In this document: piece after piece, positions 1-9,283 of the stretch
Layout: the number at the start of each line of letters is the position of its first letter
Position numbering within the stretch: position 1 is the stretch's first letter
NCBI GenBank assembly: GCA_024654575.1
Contig: JANLHG010000005.1
Span: forward strand, 65,260 to 129,259
Length of the DNA stretch: 64,000 nucleotides
Direction of reading: 5' to 3'
DNA from: Patescibacteria group bacterium
GTDB taxonomy: Bacteria; Patescibacteriota; Minisyncoccia; Phycocordibacterales; PALSA-1337
Made by a program: the position numbers and the translations under genes
The notes under the pieces: generated by a model
What the model was told of the DNA's origin: nothing
Database searches by the model: none
Seen by the model: the letters and a program-made list of their open reading frames with translations, nothing else

Positions 1-895
1 TTCCCAATCCAATACCATAACACCCCATCACCACTACTTTTTTCTCTCCATTTTCATCTTGATAAGTAAGGTCCAACGCTTCTGAAAATCTTGTACCCAA
101 ATTAAATATATTTCCAACTTCCACCGCTTTATCTTGTTTCAAATCTTTATTAGTACATATCGGACAAGCTATCTCTTCACCTTTTATTTCAGCATTAACG
201 GCAATATGACATTTTTCACAAATATGAATAATGTCTTCTCCAGCTGATGTTGTTGTCTGGAACTCATGAGAATATTTCGAAAATATTCCACCAGAAGCAT
301 GTGTAATGTATGTTTTTTCACCGATACCCATTCTGTTAAAAATATTCACATACGCCTGTTTGGCTTTTTCATAAAATTCCGCATGAGACTTTTCATCTTT
401 TGAAAATGAATATAAATCCTTCATCAAAAACTCTCTACCTCGCATTATCCCACTTTTAGCTCTTGCTTCATTTCTAAATTTTGTTTGAATTTGATATGTG
501 TAAACAGGCAAATCTCTCCACGAACGAATATAGTCCCGCATCAATGCTGTCAATTCTTCTTCGTGAGTGGAACCAAGTCCGATTTCAGTTCCATTTTTAA
601 GTTTTGTTTTGAACCAATTATCCACTTTTCCATCATCCCATCTATCTGTTTTTTCCCAAAGATTTTTATCTTGTAAAACCGTTAAAAAAATTTCTTGCCC
701 ACCAATAGCATTCATTTCGTGGCGAATAATATTACTTATTTTATTCATCACTCTCAAACCAAGTGGTAAAAAAGAATAGACCCCAGCCATTTCTTTATGA
801 ATATAACCGGCTCTTATTAATAACTGAGCATTTAAAGCCACCTCGTCTTTAGGCGCTTCCTTTCTAGTTTTTGTAAATAATTTAGACTGCAACAT
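1..895 (-). CDS. proS: Prolyl-tRNA synthetase (class II), N-terminal ~298 aa; 3' end runs off window start
   Basis: Reverse-strand translation from ATG at 895..893: MLQSKLFTKTRKEAPKDEVALNAQLLIRAGYIHKEMAGVYSFLPLGLRV...LGSTHEEELTALMRDYIRSWRDLPVYTYQIQTKFRNEARAKSGIMRGREFLMKDLYSF..SHEFQ; colinear with bacterial ProRS motifs 1/2. Not in ORF track because no stop within window. Confidence 0.85.
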   Translation of the reverse strand, partial: MLQSKLFTKTRKEAPKDEVALNAQLLIRAGYIHKEMAGVYSFLPLGLRVMNKISNIIRHEMNAIGGQEIFLTVLQDKNLWEKTDRWDDGKVDNWFKTKLKNGTEIGLGSTHEEELTALMRDYIRSWRDLPVYTYQIQTKFRNEARAKSGIMRGREFLMKDLYSFSKDEKSHAEFYEKAKQAYVNIFNRMGIGEKTYITHASGGIFSKYSHEFQTTTSAGEDIIHICEKCHIAVNAEIKGEEIACPICTNKDLKQDKAVEVGNIFNLGTRFSEALDLTYQDENGEKKVVVMGCYGIGLG

Positions 896-910
896 AGGTG
901 TATTATACAC

Positions 911-2023
911 TTATTGCACCAATTTCAAAATATCTCTATAAGTAACGACTATCATAAGTAAGATAAGCAAAGCAAAGCCAATCATATTGAGTAAATTAGC
1001 GATTTGTGGCGGAATTTCTTTTCTACGTATTGCTTCTATAAGCACAAACAGGAGTCGTCCCCCATCAAGCGCAGGAAAAGGAATCAAATTTATAATAGCC
1101 AGATTAATTGAAATAATTGCAGTAAAACTCAAAAGATAAGAAAAACCGAGTTTTGTGGCATCACCAACTAGACCAACAATTCCCACAGGACCAGATATTG
1201 ATGAGAAATTAGCACTACCAGTAAAGATCTGGTAAATAAAATTACCTAAACCCATACTCACACCAACTATCATATGCCCAGTTAAACGAGCTCCTTCCCA
1301 AACAGCCGTCTGTAACGGCAAGTGTAAAGTTCCTACATCATCCATAGCAATACCTATAGCTACCCTACCTTCCACAATCCCGTTTTTCGGCATAACAGTT
1401 TTTTTGATTGTCTCCCCATTTCTTTCTAATGTTAAAATCAAATTTTTATTAGTATGAGATGAAATAAATCCTTGAATGGCTTCAACATTCACCGCCATCC
1501 CGCGAATTTCATCTTTTGTCACATCATCTTGAATTGAAACGATAGCATCTCCAGCTTTTATTCCCACTATATCCGCCGGTGTGTCTTTATTCACTCCGAT
1601 TACAGCAGTATGTGGATTGACAAAATTATCTCCGTATTTAGCATAATCAGAAGATGAAGCCAAAATACCTGTCATAAAAGAAAAAGAAATGAGAATCCAC
1701 GCAAAAAGAAGATTAAAAGCAATTCCAGCTATTAAAACTGAAGCTTGAATCATTCTGTTTTTATTCACAAAACTTCTACTACTATCTGGACCAGTCGTTG
1801 ATTCAGCATCTGGATTTTCACCAAAAATTTTTACGAACCCTCCGAAAGGAATCCAGTTTAAAGAATAAGTCGTTTCTCCATATTTTTTACTCCAAATTCT
1901 AGGCGGAAAACCTAAACCAAATTCATCAACTCTAATTCCAGATTTTTTAGCAACTATAAAATGGCCGAATTCATGCACTAAAATAAGCGCTGCCAAAATG
2001 ATTAAAAATATTATTATAGACAT
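911..2023 (-). CDS. rseP: RIP zinc metalloprotease RseP/site-2 protease (HEFGH motif, PDZ domain, NxxPxxxLDGG motif)
   Basis: HEFGHFIVAK zinc motif near N-term, central PDZ-like segment, C-terminal NLIPFPALDGGR motif; 4 TM segments. Confidence 0.85.
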   Translation of the reverse strand: MSIIIFLIILAALILVHEFGHFIVAKKSGIRVDEFGLGFPPRIWSKKYGETTYSLNWIPFGGFVKIFGENPDAESTTGPDSSRSFVNKNRMIQASVLIAGIAFNLLFAWILISFSFMTGILASSSDYAKYGDNFVNPHTAVIGVNKDTPADIVGIKAGDAIVSIQDDVTKDEIRGMAVNVEAIQGFISSHTNKNLILTLERNGETIKKTVMPKNGIVEGRVAIGIAMDDVGTLHLPLQTAVWEGARLTGHMIVGVSMGLGNFIYQIFTGSANFSSISGPVGIVGLVGDATKLGFSYLLSFTAIISINLAIINLIPFPALDGGRLLFVLIEAIRRKEIPPQIANLLNMIGFALLILLMIVVTYRDILKLVQ

Positions 2024-2024
2024 A

Positions 2025-2573
2025 TTAATTCAAAATTTCTTTTTCCTTTTTTGCGAATAATTCTTCCAACATTTTATTTGCTCCATCTACATTCTTTTGC
2101 AATTCGTTCTTAAAACGAAGTGCGTCATCTTTTCCCATGTCCTTTTCTTTCTCTTTCATCTGAATATCTCTCACTACTGTATCACGCTGTATTCTTATAG
2201 AAACTTTAGCTTGTTCTAATCTTTCTTTAGCAATTTTTACTATCTGTTCTCTTCGTTCGGCAGTTAATTCTGGAAAAGAAACTCTCACACCTTTATCATC
2301 AAGAGCTACAGCAACACCCAAATTAGCCATACCGATAGCTCTTTCAATTTCTTTTGACATAGATGAGTCCCAAGGCGTAATGCGTATGCTTCTAGAGTCC
2401 TCAACAGAAACATTTGCTACTTGATTTATTGGTGTTTTTGAACCATATGATTCTACAAAAATACCATCAAGAAGCGACGGATTTGCTCGCCCAGTTCTTA
2501 TTCCAGAAAATTCCTTTTTCAACCATTCCTCAATCTCTTTTATTTTTTGTTTAAATTTTGAAAAATCGTACAT
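2025..2573 (-). CDS. frr: Ribosome recycling factor
   Basis: 182 aa; GIRTGRANPSLLDGIFVESYGSKTPINQVANVSVEDSRSIRITPWD aligns to Frr over full length. Confidence 0.9.
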   Translation of the reverse strand: MYDFSKFKQKIKEIEEWLKKEFSGIRTGRANPSLLDGIFVESYGSKTPINQVANVSVEDSRSIRITPWDSSMSKEIERAIGMANLGVAVALDDKGVRVSFPELTAERREQIVKIAKERLEQAKVSIRIQRDTVVRDIQMKEKEKDMGKDDALRFKNELQKNVDGANKMLEELFAKKEKEILN

Positions 2574-2579
2574 GAGAGT

Positions 2580-2590
2580 ATTATATCACA
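2580..2590 (-). promoter_or_regulatory. Extended -10 (TGaTATAAT) 6 nt upstream of frr ATG; leaderless-type promoter
   Basis: Minus-strand reads ...aaatgTGaTATAATactctcATG; no Shine-Dalgarno sequence. Confidence 0.5.
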
Positions 2591-2693
2591 TTTGGATTTA
2601 TAGCCTATAAAATCGAAACCCCGCAAAAGCGGGGTTTCTCGGAGGCCGAAGCCATAATACTTATTATATTAGCAAATACAAAAAATATGTCAA

Positions 2694-2730
2694 GAAAAAA
2701 CACCTCCGAGTCGAAACTCGAAGGTGTTAG
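2694..2730 (-). terminator. Rho-independent terminator (12-bp stem + U7) on minus strand
   Basis: Minus strand: aacaccttcgag-tttcga-ctcggaggtgtt followed by ttttttc; directly followed by TTGACA..TAATATAAT promoter-like sequence upstream of frr. Confidence 0.6.
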
Positions 2731-2940
2731 GTTTTAATGGAACCGATGTTCCATAAGTAGTTTTTTCTGCCGACAACCGCCGGGAAGTAAGTCATACTCA
2801 GGACTTAATTGTTGTAATTGGAATTCATACTTTCATTCTTGCACATAATTCCACTAATTATACAAGAACTATCGCTGTTAATACCTATTGAATTTCAATA
2901 GATCAACCGGGACCCGCGAAACGATATATCCGATTCCACT
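2694..2940 (-). ncRNA. Candidate ~240-nt non-coding RNA between holB and frr (own promoter and terminator, no ORF)
   Basis: Near-consensus promoter TTGACA-16nt-TATACT (plus coords 2945..2972) right after holB stop; strong intrinsic terminator at 2694..2730; no ORF >=60 aa either strand; no recognisable tmRNA/RNase P/SRP motifs. Confidence 0.3.
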
Positions 2941-2944
2941 ATAA

Positions 2945-2972
2945 AGTATAGCATACCCAGTTTTATTGTCAA
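2945..2972 (-). promoter_or_regulatory. Sigma70-like promoter TTGACA-16-TATACT on minus strand
   Basis: Minus strand: cTTGACAataaaactgggtatgcTATACTttatag. Confidence 0.5.
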
Positions 2973-2983
2973 GCGTTTAACTA

Positions 2984-3631
2984 TCAAACAATTAATGCTA
3001 CGTGTTCTAAAATCATTTTGACTGAGGGAGCCCTGTCTGATAGATAATTTTTAAACTTGATGATTTCTTCAATATGGCGAAAATCTTTTTTAGCGACAAG
3101 CTCTCTTTCAATACCATTGATAAATTCAATAGCATCCATTTTTTCAACAATCAATTTTGTCATTGCTAACCGTTCTGAAATAGCTAATTTTATAAACTTT
3201 TTAGCATTATCATTTATTTTTAAAGTAGACAAAAAAGGAGAAAACATTAGTCGTGAACGCAATGTAGGCATAAATATTTCTGATGACGGAGTTATTATAA
3301 AAAAATGATTTCCCGAAAATGGTTCCTCAAAAATCTTTAAGAGAGCATTTTGAGCTTCGCGAGTAATAAAATTAGTGGAAATTATGAAAATTTTTTTACT
3401 AGATTCATCAAATGATTTAGAAAGATGAAATTCTTTTATTTCCCTACTATCATCAATAGTCAATGTGTCATACTGGCGAACCCAAAGGTCTGGATTGCCA
3501 AATAATTTAATTTGAAAATCTTCCTCAAGAAATCTGTGTAATTCCTTAAGAATATCGTCCCTATTCCCTTCAATACAATAGGCGTGATGAAGTGTGCCGG
3601 TATTTTTAAGAGTATCAATAATCAATTGCAT
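2984..3631 (-). CDS. holB: DNA polymerase III delta' subunit (short form)
   Basis: MQLIIDTLKNTGTLHHAYCIEGNRDD...KKIFIISTNFITREAQNALLKIFEEPFSGNHFFIITPSSEIFMPTLRSRLMF: clamp-loader delta' box motifs. ORF track extends to 3763, but the first 44 aa look spurious; start at ATG 3631 is preceded by TGtTATACT + 6 nt. Confidence 0.6.
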   Translation of the reverse strand: MQLIIDTLKNTGTLHHAYCIEGNRDDILKELHRFLEEDFQIKLFGNPDLWVRQYDTLTIDDSREIKEFHLSKSFDESSKKIFIISTNFITREAQNALLKIFEEPFSGNHFFIITPSSEIFMPTLRSRLMFSPFLSTLKINDNAKKFIKLAISERLAMTKLIVEKMDAIEFINGIERELVAKKDFRHIEEIIKFKNYLSDRAPSVKMILEHVALIV

Positions 3632-3664
3632 TAAAAAAGTATAACATATGCTACAATTGCCCGT

Positions 3665-4567
3665 ATGAATTTTAATTTTACAAAATATAAAACCAAAGAA
3701 AATAAAAAAATCGCCATAATAGCTATAATTATAGCGATTATAGCAGGTGGTAGTGAATACCAATATTACTCCCTTATTATCAAAATAGACGATAATAATA
3801 AAAAAATAGCCTCTACGACAACAGAATTTGAAGTCAGAATAAAATCACTAGAAGACGGAGTAATCGGTGTAAAAAATGACAATAAAACTCTGAGCGATGT
3901 CGTCCAAAGTAAGACCAGTTCTTATGATGCACAAATAGGAAATATTGCTGGAACTGTCGGTTCTCTTGATAAACTTTCAAAAACTGACCCACAATTAATA
4001 GAAAAATATTCAAAGGTCTTTTTTCTAAATGAACACTACTCTCCATCTACACTAGCCACAATAACCCCAGAATTTCTTTTAAACGAAGAAGCTAGATTAC
4101 AATTTCACGCTAGTGCCTACCCTTTTTTATTAAAACTTCTACAATCAGCTAAAAACGATAAAATAGAACTCAAAGTTATTTCTGCCTATCGTTCATTTGG
4201 AAAACAATCTTCTTTAAAGAAAAGTTACAATTTTATTTACGGTGCAGGCACAGCAAATCAATTTTCTGCTGATCAGGGATATTCTGAACACCAACTTGGT
4301 ACCACAATAGATTTTACCACCCCAGAAGTCGGTTCAAGTTTTAATAATTTTGAGAAAACAGAGGCCTATGACTGGCTTCTTAATAATGCTTATAAATATG
4401 GCTTTATCCTTTCTTATCCAGAAAAAAATACATACTATGAATTTGAACCATGGCATTGGCGATTTGTTGGTGTTGATCTTGCACAAAAATTAGAACGCGA
4501 ACATATGACTTTTTATAATACCGATCAAAGAGAACTAGATAAATATCTTCTTCTTATTTTTAACTAA
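3665..4567 (+). CDS. Membrane-anchored peptidase M15 (VanY / D-Ala-D-Ala carboxypeptidase-like)
   Basis: N-terminal TM (IAIIAIIIAIIAGG); C-terminal SAYRS..Q, SEHQLGTTIDF and EPWHWRF motifs (LAS-family H-x-D..H zinc ligands). TGcTACAAT -10 lies 7 nt before ATG. Confidence 0.7.
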   Translation: MNFNFTKYKTKENKKIAIIAIIIAIIAGGSEYQYYSLIIKIDDNNKKIASTTTEFEVRIKSLEDGVIGVKNDNKTLSDVVQSKTSSYDAQIGNIAGTVGSLDKLSKTDPQLIEKYSKVFFLNEHYSPSTLATITPEFLLNEEARLQFHASAYPFLLKLLQSAKNDKIELKVISAYRSFGKQSSLKKSYNFIYGAGTANQFSADQGYSEHQLGTTIDFTTPEVGSSFNNFEKTEAYDWLLNNAYKYGFILSYPEKNTYYEFEPWHWRFVGVDLAQKLEREHMTFYNTDQRELDKYLLLIFN

Positions 4568-5689
4568 CTATTCTTCAATATCTGGTTTATCAATAGCTAT
4601 TGTCTCCATTTCTTGTGAGATTCCCGTTATACGTAATACATCTTTGTCTATTTTTTTAAATTCTTTGTTTGAATTATTAAAATGACTAACGACTGTTCCC
4701 AGTGAAGTGCCTAATTTTTTATGATAATCTTCAAAACTTTTCAAGTGTTTACCTAGTTGTTCTACTCTAACAATAATATCTTTTGCCGTTTCTTCAATCT
4801 GAAGAGCTTTAAGACCTTGAAGAACTGTTTGCAAAAAAGCCAGAAAAGAAGTTGGCGAAACAATAAGGACATGTTTTTCTTTAAATGCATACTCAATTAA
4901 ATCACGAGTATTTATTTTTACTCCCCCTACTTGAGCGACCAATAAATCATAATAAATTGCTTCGTGCGGAATAAACATAAAAGCAAAATCCATAGTACCT
5001 TCTGCTGGTTTTACATATTTTGCCGTTTCATCAATTCGCCCTTTTAAATCGTTTTTAAAAGCTTTTTCCAATCGCTCTCGTTCTGTTGGATCTTTTTCTT
5101 CAACTAATCTATTATAATTCTCAAGAGAAAATTTTGAATCAATAGGAATAATTTTTTCTTTAACAAAAACTACTGCGTCTACAATTGTTCCATCAGTAAA
5201 TGGATATTGCATTTGATAGCTACCCGGAGGCAAAACATTTTTTAATAATGTTTCTAAATAATATTCACCTAAAATCCCTCGTTGTTTCGGATTCTTCAAA
5301 ATATCTTGCAAATTTTGCAACTGGTCAGCAAAAGAAACCACTTGGCGATTTGTTTCATCAAGTTTTGTCAAACCTTGAGTGACTTCTTTTATCAGTTTTT
5401 GTGATTCTGAAAATTGTCGATGAACAGCATCACCCATATCACGAGCTGTTTGACCCATTTTAGTATCAACAGTTCTGGCTAAATCATTTACTTGTTGAAG
5501 AATAAGTTTAAAACCGGTATCATCTTGTTTAGGTAATTCTTTTTTTCCACGACTAAAAAGCAGATAGACTAATACCAGATTAACAATAAAAAGAATGATA
5601 ATAAAGAAAGTAATTGTATCCACAGACACAATTATATCAGAATATGCTATAATATAAACATGTCTCTTTATAATGATATAAAAAACCAA
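4568..5689 (-). CDS. rmuC: DNA recombination protein RmuC
   Basis: N-terminal TM + long coiled coil + C-terminal RmuC-type nuclease-like domain (DFAFMFIPHEAIYYDLL). True start is probably GTG at 5623/5629, which would avoid a 30-bp head-on overlap with the divergent gene at 5660. Confidence 0.7.
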   Translation of the reverse strand: MVFYIIIKRHVYIIAYSDIIVSVDTITFFIIILFIVNLVLVYLLFSRGKKELPKQDDTGFKLILQQVNDLARTVDTKMGQTARDMGDAVHRQFSESQKLIKEVTQGLTKLDETNRQVVSFADQLQNLQDILKNPKQRGILGEYYLETLLKNVLPPGSYQMQYPFTDGTIVDAVVFVKEKIIPIDSKFSLENYNRLVEEKDPTERERLEKAFKNDLKGRIDETAKYVKPAEGTMDFAFMFIPHEAIYYDLLVAQVGGVKINTRDLIEYAFKEKHVLIVSPTSFLAFLQTVLQGLKALQIEETAKDIIVRVEQLGKHLKSFEDYHKKLGTSLGTVVSHFNNSNKEFKKIDKDVLRITGISQEMETIAIDKPDIEE

Positions 5690-6109
5690 ATAAAAGACGC
5701 CATGCGTGCTAGAGATGCGATTAGACTAAATGCTCTACGCAACCTTGCTGCTGGATTACAAACAGAACTTATAGCCAAAAAAACCACTGACGTTGAATTG
5801 AAAGATGACGAAACTCTAGCGGTGATAAGACGTTTAGTTAAACAACGAAAAGATTCTATTGAACAATTTACCAAAGGTGGACGCGATGATTTAGTTAATG
5901 ATGAAAAAGCTGAATTAGCGATACTTGAAACATATCTACCCGCAATGATGAATCAAGAAGATATTAAAAAAATTGCTGAAGCTAAAAAAACAGAACTAGG
6001 AGTAACTGACAAAACAAAAACTGGTATTCTCATGTCGGTAATAATGAAAGAATTGAAAGGTAAAGCTGATGGAGCTGATGTTAAAGCAGTAGTGGAAAGT
6101 TTATTTTAG
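5660..6109 (+). CDS. GatB/YqeY domain-containing protein
   Basis: 149 aa; IKDAMRARDAIRLNALRNLAAGLQTELIAKK...LETYLP pattern typical of YqeY; TATAAT 6 nt upstream of ATG. Confidence 0.7.
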   Translation: MSLYNDIKNQIKDAMRARDAIRLNALRNLAAGLQTELIAKKTTDVELKDDETLAVIRRLVKQRKDSIEQFTKGGRDDLVNDEKAELAILETYLPAMMNQEDIKKIAEAKKTELGVTDKTKTGILMSVIMKELKGKADGADVKAVVESLF

Positions 6110-6113
6110 TATA

Positions 6114-7082
6114 CTAAACTATAAAATTTTTGACTGAATAAAGGTCTTCTTCTTTATTTTCTTCTATTATTATTTCCTCTTTAGGACGATCGTCTATCGG
6201 TTTTTCGCCTTCAGTAATAAATCGTTCCATCATTTCCGTCTTCGGTTTTAATTTATTTGAATTCACTAAATCTAAAATAACTCTCAAATCATTAATTGAA
6301 AAGAAATCAATAGTAATTTTGCCTCCCACTTCCCTTTTTTCAATATGCACTCTAGTGCCCAATGATTCCGATAATTTCGTTTCTAGTTCAATGGTTTCTG
6401 GATTTAAAAAAGTTTCTTTTTTTCGTGTTTTTTCAACGGCAATTCTTCTTGCTATATTTTCGGACTCTCTAACAGAAAGTTTTTTAAATAAAATTTCTTT
6501 AAAAAGAGTTCCTCTTTCTTCTGGACGGTCATTTAACATAAGCAACGGTCTTGTGTGTCCCTCAGAAATTTTTCCTTCAGAAAGAGCAACTATAATATCC
6601 TCAGGTAATGCAAGTATTCTAATTGAATTTGAAACATATTCCCTACTTTTACCCATTTTTTCTGCAATCTGCAGATGCTTCATATTAAACTCTTTAACAA
6701 GTTGTTCAAATGCTCTAGCGCGGTCAACTGCATTTAAATCTTCTCTTTGTAAATTTTCAATAATAGCAAGTTCTAATTTAACCCTAGCATCTTCCTCGCC
6801 ATTTCTAATAATAGCTGGTACTTGTATCAATCCTGCTAGTTTTGCTCCACGTAGTCGTCTTTCACCTGAAATAAGCTCATATTCAACTGCAAGTCCGCCA
6901 TCTTCTTTAGCAAATTCTTTTCTAGTTACAACGAGAGGTTGGAGAATTCCATACATGCGAATTGACTCCGATAAATCTTTAAGTCGAGCTTCATCAAATT
7001 CTCGACGTGGTTGATATGGATTAGGTTTTACTTTCTCCACTTCAATCCAAAATATTGAGTCCCCATAAAATTGAGATGTCAT
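6114..7082 (-). CDS. parB: Chromosome partitioning protein ParB/Spo0J
   Basis: GILQPLVVTR...YELISGERRLRGAKLAGL...HTH segment KHLQIAEKMGKSREYVSNSIRIL; ParB box motifs. Confidence 0.8.
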   Translation of the reverse strand: MTSQFYGDSIFWIEVEKVKPNPYQPRREFDEARLKDLSESIRMYGILQPLVVTRKEFAKEDGGLAVEYELISGERRLRGAKLAGLIQVPAIIRNGEEDARVKLELAIIENLQREDLNAVDRARAFEQLVKEFNMKHLQIAEKMGKSREYVSNSIRILALPEDIIVALSEGKISEGHTRPLLMLNDRPEERGTLFKEILFKKLSVRESENIARRIAVEKTRKKETFLNPETIELETKLSESLGTRVHIEKREVGGKITIDFFSINDLRVILDLVNSNKLKPKTEMMERFITEGEKPIDDRPKEEIIIEENKEEDLYSVKNFIV

Positions 7083-7148
7083 AGAAATATTATAACATAC
7101 TAATTTATGATAGCTGAAAACTCAAGTATGTTGTATATTATATTCATT

Positions 7149-7233
7149 GCCGGGATGGCGGAATTGGTAGACGCACACGACTCAAAATCGTGCGGAGTGA
7201 TCCATGAGAGTTCGATTCTCTCTCCCGGCACCA
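7149..7233 (+). tRNA. tRNA-Leu (anticodon CAA), long variable arm, encoded CCA
   Basis: Acceptor stem gccggga/tcccggc, anticodon loop ctCAAaa, long extra arm, T-arm gttcgattc, then a-cca. Confidence 0.85.
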
Positions 7234-7264
7234 ACGGTGGATTTTATGATATAATTAAAAAATA

Positions 7265-8341
7265 ATGCGCTTCGTACAGCCAAACATTTTTTTATACTTT
7301 TTTCTTCTAATTTTGGGAATCAGTGGTTTCTTTTTTGCAGTTATTTGGCCTCAAGCAATAGGATTTTACGCTTTTATCACTTTTGCGGCAGCTGGAGGGC
7401 TTGGTGTAACACTATATATTTACCACACAAAAAAAAATCATAGACAACTTGTTTGCCCAATCGGTTCGAACTGCAATGCCGTCATAACCAGCCGATACTC
7501 TAAATTTTTAGGCGTGCCACTAGAATATTGGGGAATGTTTTATTACTCTATTATTTTTATCACTTATATCATTTTAATTTTCGCTCCTTTTTTATTTTCT
7601 AAGTTTTTTTTGTCTGGATTAGTAATGTTTACCGCCACTGCGTTTCTTTTTTCTTTGTATCTTTTGTTTGTACAAGGATTTCTTTTGCGTCAATGGTGCA
7701 TTTGGTGTCTTCTTTCCGCAACACTCTCTATCGGAATTTTTATTGTTTCTCTTGCAAGTGTTGATTTCGTAGTAGCTTTTTTGGCTGATATAATAATTAT
7801 TATCCAAGCGATTCACTCTTTGGGATTCATACTTGGAATAGGTGGGGCTACAGCAACTTTGTTTCTTTTCTTCAAATTTTTACACGATTTAGATATTAAT
7901 GAAAGCGAATCACAAATACTTAAAGGAATTTCAGAATTGGTATGGTTCGGTCTTGCTCTTACTTTGATAAGTCAGTTTGCCTTTTATATTGTCTCTGCTA
8001 AAACACTAGCTTTTTCTGGCCCATTTTTAGCTCAAACTATTGCCCTTTTTATGGTCGCGATTAGTAATGCTGTTTTAATGATAATTTTTGCGCCATTTTT
8101 AGCAATGATTCCATTTAATGAAATAACAGAAGAACATCGCTATTCCCCTCTTAAATCTCTAAAAAAGCCATTTTTTCTTATAGGAGCAATCGCGCTTTCA
8201 TCTTGGTATTTTTCTTTTTTAATGAATTATTCACCAGAATATGAATTGATTGTTTTGTTTTCAGTATATATTATAGTTATCATAATATCGGTCGGAACAG
8301 CATTGTTTTTGGAAAAAAGTATTAGTAAGGCCAAGATTTAA
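7265..8341 (+). CDS. Vitamin K epoxide reductase (VKOR) family membrane protein with additional C-terminal TM domain
   Basis: Polytopic membrane protein; loop cysteines CPIGSNC and CxxC active site (CIWC) in a TM helix, as in bacterial VKOR/DsbB analogues. Confidence 0.55.
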   Translation: MRFVQPNIFLYFFLLILGISGFFFAVIWPQAIGFYAFITFAAAGGLGVTLYIYHTKKNHRQLVCPIGSNCNAVITSRYSKFLGVPLEYWGMFYYSIIFITYIILIFAPFLFSKFFLSGLVMFTATAFLFSLYLLFVQGFLLRQWCIWCLLSATLSIGIFIVSLASVDFVVAFLADIIIIIQAIHSLGFILGIGGATATLFLFFKFLHDLDINESESQILKGISELVWFGLALTLISQFAFYIVSAKTLAFSGPFLAQTIALFMVAISNAVLMIIFAPFLAMIPFNEITEEHRYSPLKSLKKPFFLIGAIALSSWYFSFLMNYSPEYELIVLFSVYIIVIIISVGTALFLEKSISKAKI

Positions 8342-8362
8342 GTTAGAACATCTTTACAAATT

Positions 8363-9283
8363 ATGCAGAAACTCCTAGTAATACTCGGTCCTACAGCTTC
8401 AGGAAAATCGACACTCGCCGTGGAATTAGCAAAAAAACTAAATGGCCTGCATGCGCAGGCATGTGAAGTTATTTCTGCTGATTCTCGTCAGGTCTATAAA
8501 GGACTTGATATTGGTACTGGAAAAATTACTCAAAAAGAAATGGACGGGGTTGTTCATCATATGCTTGATGTAGAAAATCCAAAAAATCGTTTTGATATAA
8601 CAAAATACCAAAAACTCGCTAAACAAAAAATAGAAGAAATTTTATCTAGAGGACATCTCCCGATTATTTGTGGTGGTACTGGATTTTATATCAGCTCTAT
8701 TGTAAACAATCTTTCTTTTCCTCCTGTCCCACCAAATAAAAAACTTCGAGAAAAACTTTCTAAATATTCTACAGAAACACTTTTTGAAAAACTTGAAAAG
8801 TTAGACCCTGTTCGTGCTTCTTCAATTGATTCTAAAAATAAAATTCGCCTTATTCGGGCTTTAGAAATAATCCAATCTATCGGTAAAGTTCCTCAAAACT
8901 CAAACACCGAGTGTTTGAGTTTTGACACATTACAAATAGGTATTGAGACTTCCCCAGAAAAATTAAAGGAAAATATTAATAAAAGATTGATATCTAGGAT
9001 AAAAGTCGGAATGATTGAGGAAGCAGAAAAACTTCATAACCCACCAACGGGCAAAGGACTATCGTGGAAAAGAATGGAAGAGTTAGGTCTTGAATATCGT
9101 TATCTTGCCTATTATTTACAAAAAAAGATAACTAAAGAAGAAATGATAACCAAACTTCAGACAGAAATTTGGCATTATGCAAAACGTCAAATGACGTGGT
9201 TTAAAAAAGATAAAAGGATTAAGTGGTTTAAAATTGAGGAGAAAGATGATATTATCTTATTGTGTAAAAGGGCGATTAGTTAA
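8363..9283 (+). CDS. miaA: tRNA dimethylallyltransferase
   Basis: GPTASGKS P-loop, ISADSRQVYKGLDIGTGK, ICGGTGFY motifs. Confidence 0.85.
   Translation: MQKLLVILGPTASGKSTLAVELAKKLNGLHAQACEVISADSRQVYKGLDIGTGKITQKEMDGVVHHMLDVENPKNRFDITKYQKLAKQKIEEILSRGHLPIICGGTGFYISSIVNNLSFPPVPPNKKLREKLSKYSTETLFEKLEKLDPVRASSIDSKNKIRLIRALEIIQSIGKVPQNSNTECLSFDTLQIGIETSPEKLKENINKRLISRIKVGMIEEAEKLHNPPTGKGLSWKRMEELGLEYRYLAYYLQKKITKEEMITKLQTEIWHYAKRQMTWFKKDKRIKWFKIEEKDDIILLCKRAIS

Noticed and set aside
2640-2984. Possibility that the holB-frr spacer encodes tmRNA, RNase P RNA or SRP RNA
   Set aside because: No tRNA-like acceptor/T-arm (tmRNA), no GGAAAGUCCGG P4 motif (RNase P) and no GGAAGCAGCCAAGG domain-IV motif with a matching closing helix (SRP) were found. 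It is kept only as an unclassified ncRNA candidate.
3632-3763. N-terminal 44 aa of the ORF-track model for holB (MVFTTTCYNRYNYSYY...)
   Set aside because: Low-complexity sequence with no homology. An internal ATG at 3631 carries a TGtTATACT -10 box 6 nt upstream and begins the conserved delta' sequence.
6319-7014. 231-aa plus-strand ORF
   Set aside because: It is entirely antisense to parB, is Ser-rich and low-complexity, and has no start context. It is a shadow ORF.
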